Shown here: positions 17,242-22,896 of the stretch, in pieces | Layout: the number at the start of each line of letters is the position of its first letter | Position numbering within the stretch: the first letter of the stretch is position 1 | Assembly (NCBI GenBank): GCA_046758365.1 | Contig: JBHIAC010000035.1 | Coordinates: 1-22,896 of the forward strand | Direction of reading: 5' to 3' | Source: a bacterium | GTDB taxonomy: Bacteria > Zhuqueibacterota > Zhuqueibacteria > Oceanimicrobiales > Oceanimicrobiaceae | Length of the DNA: 22,896 nucleotides | Program-made: the position numbers and the translations under genes | Notes under the pieces: model-generated | Database searches by the model: none | What the model saw: only the letters and a program-made list of their open reading frames with translations | What the model was told of the DNA's origin: nothing

Positions 17242-17274
17242 AACCTCGGAGTGATAAAACTTCGAGGTTTTTTT
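17242..17274 (+). terminator. Rho-independent terminator of the sigma/anti-sigma unit
   Basis: AACCTCGGAG-8 nt-CTTCGAGGTT (one G-U pair) followed by a T-tract. Confidence 0.8.
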
Positions 17275-17319
17275 GTTTTGGGAATATAGAATAATGAAAA
17301 ATTGTTTCATCGTTTTAAA

Positions 17320-17328
17320 TGGTAAAAT
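17320..17328 (+). promoter_or_regulatory. Possible extended -10 promoter for the barrel/DUF3179 pair
   Basis: TG-G-TAAAAT downstream of the terminator and about 30 nt before ATG 17360. Confidence 0.3.
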
Positions 17329-17359
17329 TTCTAACAAAATTTTAATCAGATATTCAAAA

Positions 17360-18256
17360 ATGTTCAGAGGCATCTTATCAGTTATACTTTTTTATTGTTT
17401 TTTTTCTTTACTGAATCCAACAGTATATGCGGGTGCTTGGACTCTTAAGCGCGGCCAACTTTGGATTAAGTCATCCGTTTTTTATCAAAAAACAGATAAG
17501 CGATATTATTCAAGAAATCAACCATGTCCCTTAATCGATTGTCGAAAAGGACAACAGGTGCCATTCCCATTTAATGGCGAAAGCAGAGTTACCGCGGTAT
17601 ATTGGGATATTAATTATGGATTAACCGATCAGATAGAGTTAGATTTGCAAATTCCATTTTTTGATATCTCTTTCAAAGATGATCCCAATCCATTACGTCC
17701 CAAAACTTCCAGTGTAGGGGATATTAGATTTGGCGCTAGATATCGATTTATTTCTAAACCAATCGTATCTACGATTGGAGTTGCGGCCAAAGCACCGACT
17801 GGATTATTCAATAAAGATGCAGAATTTGTGCCCATCGGAGATGGACAGTGGGATTTCGAGATTCAGGGTCAGTTCGGACGTTCTTTGTGGCCATTACCCG
17901 GTTATGTAAATGTCGATATTGGATATCGGTTTCGTTTTGAACCAGATATTGAAACATCCGATTTGGACCCTGGTAATGAATTTTATTTCCGCGGGGAGGC
18001 TGGTTATAATATTAGAAGAAATATTTTAATCAAAGCTGCACTCGATGGTTTCTGGGGAGAGAGGTTCACAAATAGAGGTACCCATCTTAAGTTCATCGAT
18101 TCAGAAAGAAATATTTTATATTTTGAACCTGGAATATATTGGATGTTTCTTGCTCCTTGGGCCGCCGAAGCTTCTGTAAAATTCAGCCTTTCAGGAAAAA
18201 ATTATCCCTCTGGTCAAATTTTTGGATTTGGGTTATCATACATGTTTTCACTTTAA
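17360..18256 (+). CDS. Outer-membrane beta-barrel 'transporter' (phenol-degradation MetA-like barrel)
   Basis: Signal peptide ending YA-GAWTL, YGLTDQIEL, VGDIRFGARY, KAPTG, PIGDGQWDFE, terminal amphipathic strand GFGLSYMFSL. The ORF-track start (TTG 17273) lies in the terminator T-tract, so ATG 17360 is preferred. Confidence 0.65.
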   Translation: MFRGILSVILFYCFFSLLNPTVYAGAWTLKRGQLWIKSSVFYQKTDKRYYSRNQPCPLIDCRKGQQVPFPFNGESRVTAVYWDINYGLTDQIELDLQIPFFDISFKDDPNPLRPKTSSVGDIRFGARYRFISKPIVSTIGVAAKAPTGLFNKDAEFVPIGDGQWDFEIQGQFGRSLWPLPGYVNVDIGYRFRFEPDIETSDLDPGNEFYFRGEAGYNIRRNILIKAALDGFWGERFTNRGTHLKFIDSERNILYFEPGIYWMFLAPWAAEASVKFSLSGKNYPSGQIFGFGLSYMFSL

Positions 18257-18283
18257 ATAAATTTAAGAACTAGGAGAGATAAT

Positions 18284-19408
18284 ATGAGTAATAAATATTC
18301 CCTGATAGCTTTCTTTTGTATAACTGGAGTAGTGTTATATTCCTGCAATAATTTAGATAATACCGCGCCCGCTAACACTACGCCTGGTGATTCTGTTCCT
18401 GATTCAGGTTGGAACATTCCAATAAATGAGATAATTTCTGGCGGGGTACCTAAAGATGGAATACCTTCACTGTTCAATCCACTAACCATTCCAGCAGACC
18501 AAGCTAATTATCTAAGCGATGAAGACCTGGTTGTTGGAATTGTGGTTAATGGACAACCAAGAGCTTATCCGCATACAATACTTGATTGGCATGAAGTGGT
18601 AAATGAAGATTTTCCAACAGATAATCCAATAACTATCAGCTACTGTCCTTTAACGGGAACAGCCATCGCGTTTGATGGAAATAATTCTGGACTCAAACTA
18701 AAATTCGGGGTGTCTGGTTTGCTTTTTAACAATAATCTCATAATGTTTGACCGAGAAACGGATAGTCATTGGCCGCAAATGCGCTTACAGTGTGATCAGG
18801 GAGAATTGCGGAATACAAAGCAAATAGTCTATCCCTCCAAAGAAACATCGTGGGGTTCCTGGAAGAAATTGTACCCTAATACGGTGATTTTATCAACTAA
18901 TACAGGATTTAGGCGTCCTTACGACCGTCCCGGCTCGGCCTATCCTGGTTATAATCTGCCCGACTCACCCCCTCTGTTTTCTATTAGCTTTTCAGATAAT
19001 CGGCTGCCCATGAAGCAAAGAATTCATGGCGTTATTTTAGGCGAAGGTCCCAATAACTACCAAACTAAAGTATATATTATTGATAGTACCCAAAATATAC
19101 GCCTCATTAATGATACCATTGCTAGTACGCCTGTTTTAGTAATCGATGATGGAAAAGACAATTTTGTCGTTTCTTATTTTCGTAATGTTAATGCAACAAC
19201 TTTGACTTTTAAACTTGTAGAAGAAATCAATACTCTTCCGTTTACTTTCCAAGATAATGAAACTGGATCAACCTGGAATGTTTTGGGGGAGGCTGTTGAT
19301 GGACCTCTGGTAGGAACTAAATTGGAGAAGACTTTGTCATACAACGCTTACTGGTTTGCCTGGGGAGTTTTTTTTAGAGGAGCAGATATTTATGAAGAAT
19401 TAAATTGA
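18284..19408 (+). CDS. DUF3179 domain lipoprotein
   Basis: Lipobox VLYS-C; GGVPKDGIPSL, RAYPHTILDWHEVVNE, SYCPLTGT, FGVSGLLFNNNLIMFDRETDSHWPQ, D.ETGSTWNVLGEAVDGPL.G, YWFAW; AGGAG SD. Confidence 0.88.
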   Translation: MSNKYSLIAFFCITGVVLYSCNNLDNTAPANTTPGDSVPDSGWNIPINEIISGGVPKDGIPSLFNPLTIPADQANYLSDEDLVVGIVVNGQPRAYPHTILDWHEVVNEDFPTDNPITISYCPLTGTAIAFDGNNSGLKLKFGVSGLLFNNNLIMFDRETDSHWPQMRLQCDQGELRNTKQIVYPSKETSWGSWKKLYPNTVILSTNTGFRRPYDRPGSAYPGYNLPDSPPLFSISFSDNRLPMKQRIHGVILGEGPNNYQTKVYIIDSTQNIRLINDTIASTPVLVIDDGKDNFVVSYFRNVNATTLTFKLVEEINTLPFTFQDNETGSTWNVLGEAVDGPLVGTKLEKTLSYNAYWFAWGVFFRGADIYEELN

Positions 19409-19434
19409 AGTTTTATCTTTAATTTCCGTTACTC

Positions 19435-19466
19435 AAACCCCGAAGTTTCGGCTTGCGGGGTTTTTT
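19435..19466 (+). terminator. Rho-independent terminator after the DUF3179 gene
   Basis: AAACCCCG-AAGT-TTCG-GCTT-G-CGGGGTTT followed by Ts. Confidence 0.8.
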
Positions 19467-19473
19467 AATTTGT

Positions 19474-19552
19474 CCTGATTCTGTGTTAAAATGGCAAAAA
19501 ATAACTTTTGAGGATTATCCAAAAGTTGTTTTGTTTCTAAAACAGAATCGGG
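19474..19552. repeat. ~79-bp imperfect palindrome (MITE-like or cruciform)
   Basis: CCTGATTCTGTGTTAAA vs TCTAAAACAGAATCGGG (14/17); inner AACTTTTG/CAAAAGTT around GGA-TTA-TCC. Confidence 0.6.
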
Positions 19553-19567
19553 GTTTAAAAAAAAGAA

Positions 19568-19596
19568 TTGACAAAATTTTAAATATTCAATATCTT
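19568..19596 (+). promoter_or_regulatory. Putative sigma70 promoter for the lipid kinase operon
   Basis: TTGACA-17 nt-TATCTT (same hexamers as 8553-8581), with an upstream A-tract. Confidence 0.65.
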
Positions 19597-19623
19597 TAAT
19601 TTTAAATAAATAAAATTAATACC

Positions 19624-20523
19624 ATGCACAAGAACATCACTTTAATTTTAAATCCAATAGCAGGTGGACAAAAGAATAAGGGGAAAATATTAAAAGTCGT
19701 AACTGAATATTTTACCGACAATGGCTATCTAATTACTACACAAAAAACCACAAGACGCGGGCAAGCTACCGAATTTGCAGTACAAGCTGTGGATAATAAT
19801 GCCGATTTAGTTGTCGCTATTGGAGGGGATGGAACCATCAATGAGGTCGGTTCAGGGTTGGTTAACACGGATGTTACTATGGGAATTATTCCTTGTGGCT
19901 CTGGAAATGGTTTAGCCCGAAGTTTAAATATTCCACAAAATGTAGAACAAGCCTGCAAACTGATTTCGCAAGATAATTTTTGTTCAATCGATGTTGGCAA
20001 GGCTAATAGTCGTTATTTTTTTCTCATTGCAGGTGTAGGCTTCGATGCAGTAGTAGGAAAAAGATTCGATGAGTATCCCAGACGAGGCCCTATTCCATAC
20101 TTTTATCTTGGAGCAAAAGTGTTTTTTGCTTATAGACCTGAGAGGATAAAAATTAGTTTTAATAGTAAAATTTTAGAAATCAACCCATTCGTAATCGCTG
20201 TTGCCAATGGTCAGCAATATGGCAATGGCGCTATCATTGCTCCGGATGCAAAACTAAATGATGGACTTTTTGATATTTGCATTGTTCATCGTCTTACATT
20301 TTTACAACTTATTTATACTCTACCGAAACTGTTTAAAGGTAAAATTAAAAGTTTTCAGGACGCAGAATTCCATAAATCCCAAACAGTTGTGATTGAACGG
20401 AAAAATCCATCTTTAGTCAATATTGATGGAGAAGCAGTATTAGAAAGCTCCGTGGTGGAATGTTCAATTTTGCCTAAAGCTTTAAAAGTTATTGCATCTC
20501 AAAATAGCCCTTGCCTTTCCTAA
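19624..20523 (+). CDS. Diacylglycerol kinase-family lipid kinase (YegS/BmrU-like)
   Basis: ILNPIAGG, IGGDGTINEV, GIIPCGSGNGLARSL, AGVGFDA, ANGQQYGNG..IAPDAKLNDGLFD, IDGE. Confidence 0.92.
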   Translation: MHKNITLILNPIAGGQKNKGKILKVVTEYFTDNGYLITTQKTTRRGQATEFAVQAVDNNADLVVAIGGDGTINEVGSGLVNTDVTMGIIPCGSGNGLARSLNIPQNVEQACKLISQDNFCSIDVGKANSRYFFLIAGVGFDAVVGKRFDEYPRRGPIPYFYLGAKVFFAYRPERIKISFNSKILEINPFVIAVANGQQYGNGAIIAPDAKLNDGLFDICIVHRLTFLQLIYTLPKLFKGKIKSFQDAEFHKSQTVVIERKNPSLVNIDGEAVLESSVVECSILPKALKVIASQNSPCLS

Positions 20524-21177
20524 ATGAATTCTATTGTCATTTTTGTAAAATATCCTGCTCCCGGTAAAGTAAAAACGCGGCTTGGTGTTCAAGTGGGTCA
20601 TCGATTGGCGGCAGATTTATATCAACTATTTATCAGCCAGACTTTTGAGTTAGCCCAAAATGCTGCCCCTGATAATATCTACGTCGCCTATGAGCCTGAA
20701 AAACAATTGGATGAGCTCAAAAAGTTGATTCCCCTTGAATTTGACTATTTCCCACAGCATGGCAAGGATTTAGGAAAGCGAATGTTGAATGCCTTTAATT
20801 ATGTTTTAAAACAAGGCTCTCACAAGGTTATAATTATGGGCAGCGACAGTCCAACTCTTCCAGTTCAAATTGTTAAAGACGCATTTAAACGATTAGATGC
20901 TTCGGATTTGGTATTGGGACCTGCTGAAGATGGAGGATATTATTTAATTGGGATTAAGAAAATTCATCAGGATATTTTAGAAAATGTTCAATGGAGTTCA
21001 TCTTCGGTTTTGCAAAAAACGTTAGAAATAGCTTTAGATTTGGGATTAACTTACACTTTGCTTCCAGAGTGGTATGATATAGATGAGCTTGAAAATCTGC
21101 AGCGAGCAGTAAATGACGATGCAAGTGGAAAGATTAAAACTTATTTGCATCAGCACACACAAATTCTTATAATCTAA
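20524..21177 (+). CDS. TIGR04282/DUF2064-family GT-A-fold (CofC-like) transferase
   Basis: IFVKYPAPGKVKTRL, Q.GKDLGKRM..AF, IMGSDSPTL, LVLGPAEDGGYYLIG, WSSSSVL, WYDID. Confidence 0.88.
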   Translation: MNSIVIFVKYPAPGKVKTRLGVQVGHRLAADLYQLFISQTFELAQNAAPDNIYVAYEPEKQLDELKKLIPLEFDYFPQHGKDLGKRMLNAFNYVLKQGSHKVIIMGSDSPTLPVQIVKDAFKRLDASDLVLGPAEDGGYYLIGIKKIHQDILENVQWSSSSVLQKTLEIALDLGLTYTLLPEWYDIDELENLQRAVNDDASGKIKTYLHQHTQILII

Positions 21178-21180
21178 CAG

Positions 21181-21864
21181 ATGATTTTAGCTGCTCACTC
21201 ACCAAACTATCTCCCTTTAGTAGACTTTTTTTATAAAATGTCCACAGCGGGTGTATTTGTTTTAGCTGATGATATTCAGTACACTAAACATAATTTTATT
21301 AACCGGACTAAAATTAAAACTTCACAAGGGGTACCATGGTTAGCTGTGCCAGTCCGCACTAAAGGTCGCATGGGACAGTTGATCAATCAAATTCAAATCG
21401 ATACTTTCCAAAACTGGAGGCGAAAACACTGGAAAACTCTTTTAGTGAATTATAAGTATGCCGCTTATTTTGAAAAATACGCAGAATTTTTTGAAAATTT
21501 ATATAAAAAACCTTGGAGCAAATTAGTGGAATTAAATCTGGAAATTATTGAGTTTATCATTCAATCATTAAATATTTCTACAAAAATTTATCTAAGTTCT
21601 GAATTGAATGTGACTGGGAAAGGCAGTCATCGGCTGATAAAAATGTTAAACAAATTAGGCTGTGATTCTTATCTTACTGATCAGGAAGGGAAAAAATATC
21701 TTGACCAGTGTCTATTTAAAGAAAGTGGAATTAAACTAACCTTTTTTTCCTTAAAATATCCGGTTTACCATCAACAGTTTGGTGAATTTGTACCAGCGCT
21801 TTCCATGGTTGATGTGTTATTCAATGAAGGCGAAAACAGTAGCACAATACTCTTTGATGATTAA
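21181..21864 (+). CDS. WbqC-family protein (divergent N-terminal motif)
   Basis: HSPNYLP...FVLADDIQY...INRTKI, WRRKHWKTL..NY, L.ELNL, YPVYHQQFGEFVPALSMVDVLFNEG. Confidence 0.85.
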   Translation: MILAAHSPNYLPLVDFFYKMSTAGVFVLADDIQYTKHNFINRTKIKTSQGVPWLAVPVRTKGRMGQLINQIQIDTFQNWRRKHWKTLLVNYKYAAYFEKYAEFFENLYKKPWSKLVELNLEIIEFIIQSLNISTKIYLSSELNVTGKGSHRLIKMLNKLGCDSYLTDQEGKKYLDQCLFKESGIKLTFFSLKYPVYHQQFGEFVPALSMVDVLFNEGENSSTILFDD

Positions 21865-21874
21865 TTTAACTTAA

Positions 21875-22555
21875 ATGAAAGTTTTAGTAATTATCCCTGC
21901 ATTGAATGAGGAAAAATCGATTGAACTTGTTCTGCGGGACATCCCTAAAGACATAGTCTCTGAAGTGGTCGTTATTGATAACAACTCCACAGACAAAACG
22001 TCAGAATACGCACGAAGGGCTGGGGCCACGGTTTTAAAAGAAACGAAAAGAGGATATGGCAGAGCATGTATGACAGGAATAAATTATGCAAAATCCTTGA
22101 ATCCCGATGTAATTGTTTTTTTGGATGCAGATTACAGTGATCATCCTGAAGAAATGTCGGAACTTTTAGAGAAAATTGAAGATAGTTATGATCTTGTAAT
22201 TGGTTCTCGTATTTTAGGTAACTCAGAACCTGGAGCATTATTGCCCCAGGCCCTTTGGGGAAACCGCCTTTCTGTTTTTTTAATTAAGCTGCTTTTTGGT
22301 TATAGATATACTGACTTAGGCCCTTTTCGCGCTATTAAATGGGAGAAGCTTATGGCCCTGAATATGAAGGATCCCAATTATGGTTGGACGGTGGAAATGC
22401 AGGTCAAAGCCGCGAAATTAAAATTTAAGGTAACCGAGGTTCCAGTTAGTTACAGAAGAAGAATAGGAATTTCGAAGGTCACTGGTACTTTATCTGGAAC
22501 GATAAAAGCAGGATACAAAATATTATTCACCATATTTAAACTCGCCATTTCCTAG
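21875..22555 (+). CDS. GT2 glycosyltransferase (DPM1/polyprenol-phosphate sugar synthase-like)
   Basis: VIIPALNEE, IDNNSTDKT, RGYGRAC, FLDADYSD, DLVIGSR, TDLGPFRAI, YGWTVEMQ, EVPVSYRRRIG.SKV.GT. Confidence 0.92.
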   Translation: MKVLVIIPALNEEKSIELVLRDIPKDIVSEVVVIDNNSTDKTSEYARRAGATVLKETKRGYGRACMTGINYAKSLNPDVIVFLDADYSDHPEEMSELLEKIEDSYDLVIGSRILGNSEPGALLPQALWGNRLSVFLIKLLFGYRYTDLGPFRAIKWEKLMALNMKDPNYGWTVEMQVKAAKLKFKVTEVPVSYRRRIGISKVTGTLSGTIKAGYKILFTIFKLAIS

Positions 22556-22658
22556 GGGCGTAGACGGAAAGTCCCATTTTGCTAAATTCTTGAACTAAAA
22601 AACAATGGTTTACATTGGGCATTTTTCTAAAATAAAGGGTTTTCGTCCATGTCTCTAG
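22552..22658. mobile_element. Putative non-autonomous MITE-like element bounded by CTAG
   Basis: CTAG-GGGCGTAGACGGAAA at the left vs TTTTCGTCCATGTCT-CTAG at the right (14/19, all differences transitions). The left CTAG contains the GT2 stop codon. Confidence 0.5.
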
Positions 22659-22774
22659 CGCGGCGATGCTGCCAATAGTAATTATGCAAACGTGTTATAG
22701 TCTAGCTTAAAAATTTCAGAAAATCTCTGCTTCCCTAAAAAAGAAAATTCTTATTCTTATTCGAACATCATTTG

Positions 22775-22896
22775 TTACTGAGTTTCATCACTCTCTGTCT
22801 GGACAGGGGCGTTATAGTTGAAGCAATCGCGGGCAATCTTCCAAGAACCATCGGCTTGCCTTTCTAAGATGGTCAAGTATTTACCAGTAATCTTAA
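22775..22896 (-). CDS. 3' end of a DUF4440/YybH (SnoaL/NTF2-like) protein, 5'-truncated by the window edge
   Basis: The minus strand reads KITGKYLTILERQADGSWKIARDCFNYNAPVQTESDETQ*, with the typical GKYLT...QADGSWKI.RD motif. Absent from the ORF track. Confidence 0.8.
   Translation of the reverse strand, partial: KITGKYLTILERQADGSWKIARDCFNYNAPVQTESDETQ

Noticed and set aside
17273..17359. ORF-track N-terminal extension of the beta-barrel gene
   Set aside because: The TTG lies in the terminator T-tract; a normal signal peptide begins at ATG 17360.
18284..19408. Selenoprotein recoding in DUF3179
   Set aside because: The motif Cys is encoded by TGT, and the terminal TGA follows a complete C-terminus and precedes a terminator.
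20524..21177. Arsenosugar biosynthesis cluster
   Set aside because: No ArsS-type radical SAM or ArsM methyltransferase gene in the window.
3830..22238. Remaining shadow ORFs in the track (e.g. 14524-14946, 16497-16781, 19725-20000)
   Set aside because: Antisense or out-of-frame within confident genes, with no family motifs.

Overview
Chromosomal-type bacterial window, mostly AT-rich. Essentially all genes lie on the + strand. The gene content (PorV-like pair, FlgD-type C-terminal domain, ExbB-ExbD-ExbD-TonB) suggests an FCB-related lineage such as KSB1 or Calditrichota; this is inference. Gene order: 5'-partial TPR + 12x PD40 propeller protein; decayed cytochrome c peroxidase remnant; HAD phosphatase; 3-repeat lipoprotein; BNR propeller with FlgD-like tail; two PorV/PorQ-like barrels; GH57 glucanotransferase and S41 protease; ExbB-ExbD-ExbD-TonB; lipoprotein; SigH/SigR-like ECF sigma and ZAS anti-sigma; beta-barrel and DUF3179 lipoprotein; lipid kinase, TIGR04282-like, WbqC and GT2 operon; 3' end of a minus-strand DUF4440-like gene missed by the ORF track. 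The most striking unexplained structure is a pair of long imperfect inverted repeats (16242-16375 and 17094-17207; blocks of 41/47 and 35/40 identity) enclosing the anti-sigma gene alone, just upstream of the operon terminator. It could be a long-range 5'UTR-3'UTR RNA duplex or an invertible/recombination cassette controlling anti-sigma output. Several other intergenic palindromes (REP-like doublet, MITE-like elements) are also present. All family calls come from motif recognition by eye; no searches were run.
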